Assembly (NCBI GenBank): GCA_002633005.1
Contig: NMRA01000241.1
Location: 230,537 to 294,536 of the forward strand
Length of the DNA: 64,000 nucleotides
Origin: Phoronis australis
Lineage: Eukaryota; Animalia; Phoronida
Reading direction: 5' to 3'
The notes beneath the pieces are model-generated. The model worked only from the letters and a program-made list of their open reading frames with translations. It did no database searches and was not told the origin of the DNA. Position numbers and translations under genes: made by a program. Shown here in pieces: positions 43,593 through 56,833 of the stretch. Each line of letters begins with the position of its first letter. The stretch's first letter is position 1.

Positions 43593-45313
43593 GTTCCCAT
43601 GGAGAATGTTTAAGTTCTTCATGTGACCAAGAGGAAGACTGAGAAAAATACGTGAACATCAGGTGTCACCAACAGAGGTCACTGAAAGTCCAGGAGAGAT
43701 CACTAAGGTTGAGCATTCCTTGAACGTTAGGAGATGGTTGAGAGACTGTTGCATTCATGAAAAACTTAGGGAAGAGTATGTAGACACCACAGAAATTACT
43801 GGAAGATCATTGAATTTTTGGCTATAGCTGGGTGCTCACAAACACCTATCTATAGGAGGCCCGGTCATTTCTGATTCCTGAATGACACCTACCCTAGTTT
43901 GAAAGTGTTGAGATAATCTGAACAATAACAATGTGAAACATCTGAAACATGACAAAACTTCAAAAGCACACATAAAACAACATGAGCTAAAACAGGAACT
44001 AATGTTTAAACATGGATTACAAAGCTATTTGCTGTAAATAAATATAAATTACAAATACATATTCAGTTAATATAATCTGTTTTGTTTTACAAATAACACT
44101 TGCAAAATAGAACATGATAAGTAATGCATTACGCACCCATGCATTGAATTCAGTTATGCAAACCACTTGACACCAGGGACAGAAACCATGTCAACCAAAC
44201 AAATATAGTCTCCAACACCTTGTACAGGTACAAACTTCATGCTGCCTTCCACATCCAATATTGTTAATAAATAAAAAATTCAGGTTGAATTGTATCTGTC
44301 CAGTTACCATTCGATCATCTACCTATTGAGTTCTGTCCTTAGACGAGAAGAGGTTTATATTCCAAAACAGATGTGCTGCAACTGACCAGACCTGTTGATG
44401 TTAGGATGAATTTAACTTCGAAAACTGCCACTCAAATGTTCAAAAAACAATTCATTGAAATATAGTCATTAAGCTGAGTAGTTTTTGTGCAATTTCACAG
44501 CAAGGCCACTATAACAACAGAATAATTAAAAATGGCTACAAGGAAAGCTGCACACTAAAAAAACAATAAACCCGAATTTCGATATTTGTGTGGACAACAA
44601 GGTTTCTGTTTTTAGACAAATTACATTATCCTATAAATGTATTGAAATTAAAAGTTCTCAACACTTTAAAATTTACAGCACAATCTGGCACCACACAAAA
44701 TAAGTTGCACTGAACAACAAACATCACACAACAAGACAGAAGCCAGCTTCATGACACTTGCGTAAGGTGCAGACATAGAAAATCAATACATACATGGAGG
44801 AATGATGAAATAACGGGATTGCACTTGTTACGAGCAACACACCATGGTCAATAGGGGCTGAATCAGTCATAACATTATCTAGGTATTATGAAAAAGAATA
44901 GTTTGCTCTCGAGCACATCTTAACACAACCATCTGTGTAAAACAAAGTTTTCTCGTTTCTATCATAAAAATAATAATAAGCAACAAATATAATGCGTGAG
45001 ACTGTGTGTATTTATGTTGTAAACAAACAAAATTGTTTTGTCTTCAACTAATTATAACAATAACAATTACTGCTAGCCAACAGATTATAAAAATAATTAA
45101 AATCACAGAACAGACATTACATTTTTGATATTTTGCATTGTAGTGAAACTAGTCTTTGGGATTTCACACAACTGAATAAAAACCACATTTGTTGCAAACA
45201 CTGTAAGTCTGGTCAGCATGCCAACTGTATTGAGATTGACACATTCATATATACTAAGATCAAGGGTAAGATGCCCACGACTAAAGCTGATTGGATTTCT
45301 GTGTTTGACTGGT

Positions 45314-45465
45314 GGTCCTGCTGGCTCAGTGGCTAGAGCATCCACAAGGTTGGCCGAAGACCCTGAGTTTTGAGTCCTGGTCGGTGACAGAAATCTTTTC
45401 AGACTTATATTCATTAGGTCACATGATGTGGCCAACAGATGGTGTGCAGACCAGACTTAAAATAT
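45314..45465 (+). mobile_element. tRNA-derived head joined to a dispersed repeat core
   Basis: TGGCTCAGTGG A box and degenerate B box. The core CAGACTTATATTCATTAGGTCACATGATGTGGCC..GACCAGACTTA recurs at 33511-33574 (-) and 30936-30983 (+). Confidence 0.6.
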
Positions 45466-45650
45466 TTGCAACATATTTTGCATGCCGTATTGAGATTGAT
45501 ATATTCAAAAAAAACACGTAAAATACAAGGCCTATGATACACATTACTTACTCCTGAAATGGAAAACCTGTGTGCAGTTTCATATTCTATCACTCCTGTT
45601 CAGACAACGACAAGTGATTCCATCTTGAACCCTCAACAGACAGAATATGA

Positions 45651-45736
45651 TCACGTGAGTTTTACATTAGTTCCCTGAATTACGTACGGATGTTCACCAC
45701 ACAAGATATCTTCATGTTGAGGCTTGTCAGTAAAAC
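45651..45736 (-). CDS. PAF-acetylhydrolase terminal exon
   Basis: ttcttcag|[28 protein letters not shown]; matches the family's 'L.G....I.GTN' C-terminus. Confidence 0.85.
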
Positions 45737-48700
45737 CTGAAGAAAAATTAATGTACTTTTACAGCTGTTAAGAACTTCAAATGAAGAGCAATAAATATTT
45801 TACTTAAATTTTAGTAACAATTGTGATAAATAATTGAAGACCAGGGTGCAATTTGGGGGATACAAAATGGATTCTGAACAAGCATGTTTCCCAGTCTGGC
45901 AGTGTGCCCCTGTATATGAAATATACAATTGAGAGAAATCACACAGAAAAAAATCAACCTTTTGCCCTCTTGAAGGTGTGATGATGTAGTCTCTTCTAGT
46001 TAAGCATGCTATTGAACCCACCCCTTGTCCAAAATCAAGCCCTTACCAAATGTTCACCAACTTGTTCCTTACGCAGGCTTGAAAGGATTTCTCGGCTTAA
46101 GAACAATTGACTGTTTTGCCATTTGTTCAGACCAGGCTCAGCACCTGAAGTGATCAGCTGAGTCCAACTGAGTAATCAAGAACTATAAGTTCTTACTATG
46201 CCGAGAAATCCCTTTTAATCTGAGTAAGGAACAAGCTGGCACCAAACCTTCAACGATAAATGATCTAAACCAAAAGTTTTTGGACAGTACACAGGGGAAT
46301 ATTGCAGCTTTAAATACAAAACTCAGCAGCTCAGCATGCCCAGAATAGTACATCGACATTTGACTTTCCTCAATTTCCAATTGCTGGTTTATGACCCTTG
46401 ATGATTGACCCAATTACCTTGCACACCCAGCAGAATCAATGAAGCGGAATACTGGCTTTGTACACCATTCTAATTTTATGCTATACAAGTCACATTTCTC
46501 GTCTGGTTTTCAAAATTCAAAAACCTTACCACCCGTGCTTTTCAAAAACTCTTAAAAAATGATGTTTACAAACTTTCAAAATGAGAATTAAAATAATTAC
46601 TAGTCGCCCCGCAGTGTTTACAAAAATGTTAATGATGAACAATTTTATGCTAGATTACCCAAGTTAATCTCCATAGAAGGAGAACACAAGCTAAAGCTCT
46701 ATGTTTCCACTGCAGATAGCCAGGGATTTTTTAAGGCTAGCAAACTAGTTGAGTTGCCAAACTCAAATGGTAAGGCTGTCACGGTAGGATCTTTACACAG
46801 AAACCGAAAAATAACTAATAGCAGCTCCAAATTTGCCTTTGTCCATCAAAACGTTCATTTAGTCTGACCACTTATTGCTATTAATTGGTGTGATCTTATT
46901 TATCATTCAAAAGAGGGAAGATTTCTGGAGAAGGGAAGAACTGCCAGTTCAGTTGCGTTTAAGAACATGCTCTGCATATAACACAGCCTGCTGTTGCACT
47001 ACGTACAACATGCAGCATAAGACTGAATTAATATTGTACAAATTTAAACAAGAAATTTGACACAAATGAGTGAGAGACTACACAATAAAAATTTAATGTA
47101 AATGGCAATAATCACCTAGATGTTTCCACAGGAATCCTAAACAGGCATTGGCGCTAATCTGGAGGCACTCGGCTGGAGGTAGTTTATATCGCACTTCACA
47201 GATTCTGCCCACAATCTTGTTTACCATGAACTGGAAGTCAGTTATGCTTTGGTGACAGGTACCCCTGCAACATAAAAAAGAGTTTGTAAGCTACAGTTGC
47301 CATGCGCTGCAATTGTTTTTAACTTGACATTTTTGCTATCATCTAGCCATTGCAAGCAGACAACTAAAATTGTCATTGCATTAGTCTACTTATCAACTCA
47401 TTAACTAAAGGGTGAAGCATAGATAAAATAGCAACTGAAAACTTTTACATATTTTACAACAATTGTCGTACGGGAGCACGTGAAACAAAAATTACATTAC
47501 AGTGTAACAAATTCTTTCACATTTTTGTGTAATACTATAAAACTATAGCTCACTAGGGTGACTCAAAAAAATGAATCAACAAAAATTTAATCAAACTTCT
47601 AAATTCACAAGCTGTAAACATCTGCTTAAATGTGATGAGGATCGATTTGGAGAATTCTTTTTTAAGTGCCATGTGGTAAGCCTGGCCCCACTCTATCCAC
47701 ATTCCAGTCTCACTAGGGGGCTAGTCATCAATAGAGTGACTGTTATCACTGTTTGGTTTCAGATCACATCTAAAGAGAAGGCTTGAAAGCATCTAGGCTG
47801 TACTTTTCTATTTCTTGGGACATGAAAACTGCTGGAAACCATAAAATCTGAATAGAGGAGTAAAAATTAGACTATGTAGGTTCTTGAATTTTCTAAATTG
47901 ATTAAGTAATAGGGATATTGTAAACAAGAGCAACGCAAAGCGTTGGAATGCACCCACAATTGCACCGTATACGGTATCCTTCTAGGGTTGTTTATTGGTA
48001 CCATAAAGTGGCCAGTAGAGGGCATATATGTAGTATGTTGTACTTTGCAAAATGGAAAGGCATGGTCATTGTCTCCTCAATAGGCTAGGGGCAAAATGTG
48101 AGTGATCTTCATAATACAAGCACATCCTATACATCAGTTGCTTAAGTTAAAACACCACAGAAACATAGAATTAAAAACAAATTTACCAACATACGAGATT
48201 TGCACAGCATTAGAATGCCAGGAACAAATTTCTACTTGGAACTTTTCCTTCATAGTCACGAAGTAACACAAAGTATACACCTGAAGACCTATGAAAATAC
48301 AGAGGTCAATGTAAAATACTAAAATTCCCACTAGAGGCATACCGGTAGTCAAAGTCATCCTAAAGTCGTCATCGTCCGTTGTCAACATCACATAAATACA
48401 CTTGCTAAAACGGGAGGATAGCGTCATCGCACTAATAGGTGCCTACATACCAAATTTCATGAAAATCCGTTAAGGACTTGTGAAGATACAGAGGTAAACG
48501 TAAAAAAATAAAATTGCCACTAGGGGGCACACTGGTAGGCAAATCCGTCCAAAAGTCGTCACTGTCTGTTGTTAACATCATATAAATACACTTATTAAAT
48601 TTTGTATAGATACTGCGAACGGTTTAGGAGATACAGCCATAGGCGCAAAAAAAAAACTGCCACTAGGAGGTGCCACAGTACTCCAAATCGTTTGAATCAT

Positions 48701-51700
48701 TGTCAGCTGTCCTCTTTATAGTAAGCACATACATGCCAATTTTCACAATCATCCTTTGAGCGGTTTGGTTGATAGAGGGGTGGACGCAAAAATAGACTCG
48801 AAAACAATAAAAATGGCCACTAGGTGGCGCAAACTATGTCGAAGCCATCTGAAAACGGGAGGATAGCGTCATCTCACTAATAGGTGCCTACATACCAAAT
48901 TTCATGAAAATCCGTTCAGGACTTTTGAAGATACAAAGGTAAGCGTAAAAAACTAAAATTGCCACTAGGAGGCACACCGGTAGTTGGATCCGTCCAAAAG
49001 TCGTCATCTTCCGTTGTTAACATCATATAAATATATTTACACAATTTCGTAAAGATCCTGCGAACGGTTTAGGAGATACAGCCATAGGCGCAAAAAAAAC
49101 AAAACTGCCACTAGGAGGTGCCACAGTAGTCGAAATCGTCGGAAAATCATCGTCAACCGTCCTCTACATAGCAAGCATATACATGCTAATTTTCACTTGG
49201 AAAGAACAATAAAATTCAATGCAAACTGACTTGTATGGTCATAATTTTGACGGGAAATCATTTTTGTCTGACATTAGTGAAATTGTACTGAGCAAACTAC
49301 ATGATCTCCATTAAAGCAAGTAGCAGCATATGTTAATAAAAACAAAACAACAATGGATTTAAACCAGCTTGACATGAAACACCATCATCAGAAGAAAAAA
49401 CACAGTGGCCACCTCGCTAGGCCCAACAACAAGTAATGAAACACAGACACAGTCAGTTACAGAGGAGTAACAATAGACTAGACTAACAATGACAACCTGT
49501 GGTGTGCCAGTTGCCTATTGAGACTGGGCTTGCACCAACTGATGTGAAAAGCCTCACGAATTTTAAGCTCCTTTGTTGTACAGCAACCCTGATGATATTT
49601 ATCCCGTAGACAAAACTAACTACAAGTACTTTAAAATACCCTATGTTGGTTTTTACACCAAGATTGCTCAGCGAAAACTCAACAAATTGGTGAATTATTA
49701 CTGTGTTAACTTAAGAGTTGTATAACATTCAAGTATCTAAAACTGTGTAATTTATTTAACCCTAAGGACAAAAATCCTATGGGTCTATGGTCCAGGGTAG
49801 TGTACACATTTATCTGTGTTGGATGTGGCTCCAGTTATATAGGCAAAAATTTTCGCCATTTGAAAACCCGGACCAGGGAACACCTAAATTCTGACAGAGG
49901 TTCACATATTAATATTCATCTGCAGAGCTCCAATCATTGTTATGAGCAATGCTCTTTCAATGACTTTGCTATAATAGACCAAGCAGAAACAACAACGAGC
50001 TTAAAATTCATGAGCCTCTACACATCAGTTGGTACAAGCCCAATCTCAACAGGCAACTAGCACACCACAGGTTGTCATTATTGGTCTAGTTTATTGTTAC
50101 TCCTCTGTAACTGCCTGTGTATGTGTTTCATTACTTGTTGTTGGGCCAAGTAAGGTGGCCACTGTGTTTTTTTCTTCTGATGATGGTGTTTCAATAAACG
50201 ACATCGAAACATGTCAAGCCAGTTTAAATCCGTTGTTATTTTTATAAACTAACTACATGAATTGACAGACTCACATGATTGTGATCATGGGTTTCTCAAA
50301 GTGGTCAGTATTCAGCGACATTAGCGACTTGATGTTGGGTGCGTCCTGTAGTGTTTCATAATTGAGTACCAGGACTGGCTGTCTCACTCTACCATAGATC
50401 TCCTTATCCAGAGGGTACACCCACGCGTCTATACAAACTCCGACTCTGAAAGGAAACGTGACAACAGGGTCAAGGTCTGAATTGCTAGTTAATCAGATGT
50501 GAGTCACAATTCCAGGTGCAGCAGCTGCTATGAAGCTAAAACTTTTACAGAGCCCCCTTCAGTCAGAGAAATGGATAAAAATTGTGAGCCTAGGTACTGA
50601 GTTCATCTCTCCACTCCCATCTTAATTACCTAGAGGTAAAAATAAACGAAGGCCAGAATAAAACAGATTTCTGGTATAATTGGCACATAACAAGCAGACG
50701 TTTTGTGTGGTACTATGGCATGGTACAACAAGAAGTTGCTCAAAATCACTAACCAAAACGTAAGGCCGTTTTACGTCAAATGTACCATTAACTTTATCTA
50801 CTTTATTCTATTTCTGTTATACTGGTAACCAATGAACCATACCAGCTTTAAGTGTAATGTAGCACCTCTCTTGATAGTTCAAAGGTCTGACTGACCACCA
50901 AGTATTCCAAAAATCCTTTGTTCGATTCTTTGGTCGGGACAGGTGATTTTTTCAAACTGGCAAATAAAGACTTTCTAATTTGGTAAAAAACTATAGCACT
51001 TCCAGAATTTCTCATCACCAGAAACTTTCACACTAGCGTGATTCCCCCGCGCTGTGGGTGAGTTTCCCTGATTTCGTTGGCCGGGAACTCGGGTTACAGC
51101 CATGTCGTCATCAGTTTGACAGCAACATCAATGGACTGAAATGATTTTTATGCTTTGTTAATAAATAGACTTGTTTACCAAGTTTAATCAAGAATTATTC
51201 CACGTCTGACCTGATATTGGAAATGTCTTGGTTTTAACAGTCCAAATGAATGGTACATAATGTAAGCAAATTACTCATCCGGTTATTTTTGTTATTTCCG
51301 TAATGCTGATTTTACCCTTTTATTTTTCTCCATTCAGCATTTTAGTTCTATACAACAGATTACTGGGTTGACTCAGACTGGTTCAGACAAATTTTTGCTT
51401 TAATATTTATTATATGTGGATGTATATGCGTGGATATGTGCAACGTTATTACATGAGTCATCACAGAAGCATTCAACAGCAGTGCATTAAAATGATACAA
51501 TTAAAAAGACAGGAATCTCGTTACATTGCAAAATTAAGAAAACCACAAAAACATCTGTGTTCCATCTCCCTCCCAAGATCCAGACAGGTTTATTTTCAAT
51601 TTACCTGGTAATTACATTCCAGGCTACATTTTAATTATTCTACCTTAAGGTATATAAAGATGTCTGGTGGGTTACCTCAAACCAGGAGTTACCAAGCTCT

Positions 51701-54700
51701 GTCCAAACATTTAAAAAAAAATTAAGGTTACAGCATGCACTAAATTAAGAAATCATCAATCGACATTCCTTCTAAAGATTCATTTTCAGCTTGAGAGTAT
51801 AAAATACCAAAAAATCTTTGAAGTCGTTATTTGTGAAAAAAAAACATGGAATGATGTATCTATCTGCAGTATACAAATCAACTTTCTGTACAAACCGGAA
51901 CCGTGGATCTTCGACTAACGTTGCTATTGTTGTTGCACCTCCAAATGAATGGCCCATCATTGAGACTTGAGACAAATCAAAGAGATTCTGAAACCAAAAA
52001 GATAAAATTAAAACAAGCGTCTAGTATCATAAAAGCATGGTGTCTGAATTTCCCAGCAGCAAAAAAAGAGCTGGAGGGAGATTCACACACCTGCTTTTTA
52101 CTAAATCTTGTTTTTGTATGCTTTTTAATTGAAATTAATGAAGAAAACTGCATTTTGATGTGTTAAGTGCTTAGTAAATACAAGTACATTTACACCATAA
52201 CGAACCAAGTGACCTAACATAGCTTGGAAACAAGAGTCTATCCATCAGAGACTTTCAAAATCACGAGCAGACGACAGAGCACAGTAAGGTGATGAAAATG
52301 CACCATGTGTGCTGAAACTTCATTTTAATTCAAGTGATGTGATAAATAGATTGCCACAATTGTTTAAGGAAATGAATATTTTTTTATTTAGTGGAAAGGC
52401 AGCACGGTTGTTCTTATATTTGGTATTTATTTAGACTCGTCTCGATTTTACTGCTATCGGAGTTTTCCTAAACTACCCCAACTGACCTAATACATATTCT
52501 CTGACTTTCTGTTTTCCATCAAGAAAATAACATAACAGTTCATAACAACTAAAAGATAACATTATGTTATCACGAACAAATCCAATAAACACACACACAG
52601 CAAAAATGTTAAAAATAATACCAAAACCCTACATTTACAGTTAGTGAACACAATTATACCAACGGATATTCATGTAGTAGCCAACAATTTCCCATACCTT
52701 GAAGTGTTTAAAGTTGAAATGTAAGTTGAGTGAGTTGTGGATCTCTTCCCCCCTATTCAAGCCCTCAACAAGATCCAGTGTTTTCCGACATTCAGTGACG
52801 CGATGTTCAACCTGAAAAAGCGATGGTGGAATAATTTGTAGCATGACAGTTGTTCAAAAATTTCACTTCATTTGTAATGCCCTTGCTGCTACTTCAGTAG
52901 TCAATCCATTCAGGACCATAGTGTAAATCAGTCGTTAGACTTTCCTGCATCATTCTTGATTTATTTCAGGTGCTAGTATTTTATTTATTGAGAGATTTGT
53001 CAAATAAATCTATCAATCCACCTACACAGTTCCAAAATAAAACTATCGTCATGGCTTTGTCCATCTCCTCCTATGCCAAATGATCCTATTGGTTGGCAAT
53101 CCAGGGTCACTAAAGACAACGAAGACATGAGGTCAAGTCAATTTTTTCTCTAAAATACTGAAGGGAATTCACAATAATAAGAGTTGAGTACAAAGGGTCG
53201 CTTGCAATACAATACAATACAATACAACCAAAGACACACCTGTCTATTTCTTTTCTCAAAGTGGTCTTCAGGGTCTGGATCAAAGCGTTCATATTTTTTC
53301 CACTCTTCAGTGAAGCTATAATTTCGGTGCATATGGCCATGGTCACACTTGATAATGTTGTTGTTGCTCAGTGCCTTCAAACGCATCGTCATCGATGCTG
53401 AACCATCCCTACAACACCATGTACCACAACACAGGTTTATATATCAATGACCAATTTATAGAACAAATCTAAGAAAGTATAATACCGTAATTGCAAAGTA
53501 ATTTCAACATTTCTGAATCACAAATGCTACATTCATGCCTCATCACAGACACTCAACTACCCAGCTCTCATGATTGAGTATGCCCAATATCCTACTGACA
53601 CAACACAGACTGATACCCTTCAAACATTCCAAAAAGGTTCATTCAGCACATTACCAGCTAACATGCGTGTTGAATATAATGACAAGACACTTGCACAAGA
53701 CCAACCCAAACCATTGAAATGTGCCCACCACTGCAACCATGGTATTCTCAACGGGAACACATCAGCCAGTTTTCATGACAATCCTTCAAACAGTTCGGCA
53801 GATAGTGAGGCACACACAGCAAATCATAAAAATGGCCACTACGAGGCACAGAATCAGTCTAATCCATCTGAAAATTGGAAGGAGTTGACATCTCCTTAAT
53901 AGAAACCTATTCGCCAAATTCCCTGAAAATCTGTCCAGTACTCTGAAAATACAGGATGTAAAAAAACTAAATTGCCATTAGGAGGCACTGCAGTAGTCGA
54001 GATCCGTTCGAAAGTGATCATCTGTTATCACACTCACAGAATTTTAAACACTTGCCAAATTTCACGAAGATTTTACAAGGGATTAAAGATATACAGCTCT
54101 GGATACAAAAAAATAATACTATCACTAAGGATGCCACAGCTGTCAGACCTGTCCAAAACTCAACATCACCCAGTAGGAAGGCATCAGCCAATTATCATAA
54201 TGCTATTTTGAGTGGTTTGGCAGACAAAAAGGTGGATGCCAACCAACGGACTTGTAATAAAAAGTCACTAGGTGGTGCAGAATACATCAAATCCATTCAA
54301 AAATGAAAAGGCGTTCCCATCTCCTAAATAGAAAGCTATTTACCAAATTTTATGAAAATCTGTTAAGAGACTCTGAAGAAACAGAGGCAAATGTAAAGTA
54401 CTAAAATTGTTACTAGGGGACACAGCAGTAGTCAGATCCATCCAGAATTTGCATCTCCACAGGAACAAATGTGCCAACGTTTGTGAATGGAGCTTTGGTG
54501 ATACAGCAGAGGACACCTACATGACATACAAAGATGTTGGCAATACGTGACCACATATATATATATATATATATATATAAGTGCAGTCACATAAAAATGT
54601 GACTCAATTGGATTCGATCCATTCTCATTGAGTAGAAGGTAAAAATTCAAACAGGTAAATTGTGAGGGGTCCCCTCATAATATGGGAGAGTGGGAATATG

Positions 54701-56833
54701 TTGCCAACTTAGGTGGACACATTTTGCTTTTTCCAATATCATTTTAGGTGGGATCTAACACTGAGGAGTGAGGATGATATTGACATTGATATAGCATAGG
54801 GAAGGGCTTTTCATTAATTGGTATTGTAATAGAAGATAAGGAAGACTGTGACAAGTTCATATTGTCAAACAATGAAAACTATTAATGTCCGTTTCTAGAA
54901 AGTTGTTAGTTATAAATATACTTTTCATAGAGCATAAATTTAGATGTGTAGACGTAATTTTGCCCTGTTGTGGGATGAGTTTGCCCCCCCCCGCTCAGGG
55001 TGAGTTTGCTTCCATTGTAAAGGTAAAATTTGGAAAAAAATTATGTAACTAAGATTGTCTATTGCACTAATTTTTAATCATAATTTGGAAAGTGAATTTT
55101 GATTAAGCATAACATTACCAAAAATATGAAGCTGTTAAAACATTTTTGCCCAAGATTGAACCCTGACCATATCTAGGACTTGTGGAATAAAACATGTGAC
55201 TACTGGTGAAACCAAACAGACCAATGGTCACTCTTTGCCATGTTTTACATATAACATAACATATAGAACATGAACCCAATAAAATGAAAACACAGCGAAA
55301 TGAATTAAAAAATTACTAGGGTAGGTAAAAACAAAATTGCAACAGATAATTGCAGGCTTATGTAGTACTCAAGATATGGAGGTGCATGAATTCGCTCAGG
55401 GGTGACCTCAGCCCAGTCTCCCCTACCCGTAATCCCAGTTGTTGAGGTATCACATTGGTCAAAATTTTGAACTTGGGGTAAACATCCAAAGCCATTATCA
55501 AGAACAGAAGCCNCCCTTCCTCACCTTCCACAGGTGAATAACCTCTGGTAATCTAAAAATGAACACAAAGAAACACTGTAATGCACATCACATGAGCTGG
55601 GCCATTATCATCTTAATTACAACTCAATCAGATTGCCATTTACACTGCAGACACACTATCATGACCTCGGGCTTTCTGTGTATGAAAGGTTATGATGATC
55701 CAATACACATCATCCAGGGCATCATACAGTATATCTCAAGCATGTCTAATAGCATAATTGACAGTCAGTCTGTGCAATTGTAATATTAATCAAATCATCC
55801 AATAAACTGACAGTTTTAAGTCCCTGCAAAGAATGCATTCAACAAGAGTTCCCTTTTGAAAAGGAGGAAAAATATGGTAACATGATTTATAACCCCACTT
55901 TTCAAAAGTTTGAATATGAAAAAAGAAGCTAAATAGATGTCTAAAGTGACAGTCACAGAATAATATAAAAATTATTGTTATCGACACTCAGTCAAACACA
56001 ACAAGGCAATGGATTTTGAACGAAGACTGAACATTATGTAAGACTGCATATTTAGTCAGATATCTACAAAATTATAGATTTTAACTCAGTAAAAGTGCAT
56101 GTATTTCCTTATATCAGAAAGCCAGTAGAATTTACTTTTTGACTTTTTACTAAATGGTCGTTAATTGGGTCACGTGAAAATGTCTTTTTAGCAAAATGTA
56201 GTAAAAACAAAAGATACATAGATATGGTATTAAGAACATGATCAAATTTTGTTTGTTATAAATGTTCAAGATGAGAGCTCAAAAACACTGTTACCTTCTA
56301 AAATATTTCGTTTTATACAACTTTAAAGTTTTTCATGTAAAAATGGAACATTTTAAAACTAATTCCTCAAAGAGTTTTGAAGAAAAGTGCATAAAGCATG
56401 GTACCTGAAAGTTTCATATGAATCAGAGTTGGCCATTTCTGAGATACGATGTTCCAAAGTTAGTCTCGAAAAATGGCCAAATTTGGCACACTTCGGAATA
56501 TCATTTCTGTGAAATGTTTAGTCGGATTCATAATAAACATTCAGACAACATGCTAATCGTAGTTGCACTCCACTAGCTGCGATCACTACAAAACCCTGGG
56601 TACCCATATGATGGGGCATGACAAAGTATCTTGTTCCCCACCATTAAAACTGTCTGTCACACCATCTTACCTGTGCTCCACTGCGACCACTACAAAACCT
56701 TGACTAGCCAGTTCACAACACAGTGTCGTGTATGATGTTCTGTTTCCTCCAATGCCATGCGAGAATATGACAACTGGTAATTTCTTGTCCTTGAGAGGGG
56801 CAGCTTGCCACAATGCTGGGGCATACACATCAC
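45651..56833 (-). CDS. Platelet-activating factor acetylhydrolase (PLA2G7/PAFAH2 family), 5'-partial, complement(join(45651..45736,47116..47264,50275..50445,51896..51987,52698..52811,53240..53408,56671..56833))
   Basis: Family motifs: [51 protein letters not shown], nucleophile GHSFGGAT, catalytic Asp in IDAW, catalytic His in [10 protein letters not shown]. All introns are GT-AG with compatible phases. Upstream exons were not found in the window. PLA2G7 versus PAFAH2 cannot be assigned. Confidence 0.93.
47116..47264 (-). CDS. PAF-acetylhydrolase exon (catalytic His)
   Basis: ttgcag|[14 protein letters not shown]...LGFLWKHL G|gtgatt. Confidence 0.92.
47923..49197 (-). mobile_element. Helentron-type HINE family 1 with internal ~145-157-bp tandem array
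   Basis: End AACAAGAGCAACGCAAAGCGTTGGAATGCACCCA (stem-loop plus subTIR). GCCACTAG anchors at 48516, 48659, 48816, 48961 and 49107. Confidence 0.8.
49340..50245 (+). mobile_element. Penelope-like element 3' fragment flanked by inverted pseudo-LTRs
   Basis: KIPYVG...[35 protein letters not shown] relic. 49340-49575 is the inverse of 49990-50245. Confidence 0.88.
50173..50218 (+). ncRNA. Minimal type-I hammerhead ribozyme in the Penelope pseudo-LTR
   Basis: CTT-CTGATGA-[TGGTGTT...GACATC stem II]-GAAAC-ATGTC-AAG: intact catalytic core, GUC triplet, and the vestigial palindromic stem III typical of Penelope minimal hammerheads. Confidence 0.65.
50275..50445 (-). CDS. PAF-acetylhydrolase exon (catalytic Asp)
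   Basis: ctttcag|[28 protein letters not shown]...PMITI|gtgagt. Confidence 0.92.
51896..51987 (-). CDS. PAF-acetylhydrolase exon (GHSFG nucleophile)
   Basis: tttcag|[31 protein letters not shown]|gtttgt. Confidence 0.93.
52698..52811 (-). CDS. PAF-acetylhydrolase exon (VEHRVTEC...FK)
   Basis: tttttcag|GTT GAA CAT ... TTC AAG|gtatgg. Confidence 0.9.
53240..53408 (-). CDS. PAF-acetylhydrolase exon (DGSA...RNRQ)
   Basis: ttgtag|G GAT GGT TCA GCA ... AGA AAT AGA CAG|gtgtgt. Confidence 0.9.
53900..54450 (-). repeat. Degenerate HINE-1 satellite array
   Basis: Diverged GCCACTAGG / CCAAATTTCA..GAAAATC units. Confidence 0.7.
54554..54578. repeat. (TA)n microsatellite
   Basis: Directly visible in the sequence. 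Confidence 0.9.
56671..56833 (-). CDS. PAF-acetylhydrolase exon (SHG motif)
   Basis: gctag|GT GAT GTG ... GAG CAC AG|gtaaga. Confidence 0.92.

Noticed and set aside
45651-45665. Peroxisomal targeting signal at the PAFAH C-terminus
   Set aside because: The protein ends in KLT, which is not a PTS1 (S/A/C-K/R/H-L) tripeptide.
55513-55513. Single N base
   Set aside because: An assembly ambiguity in an intron with no biological meaning.
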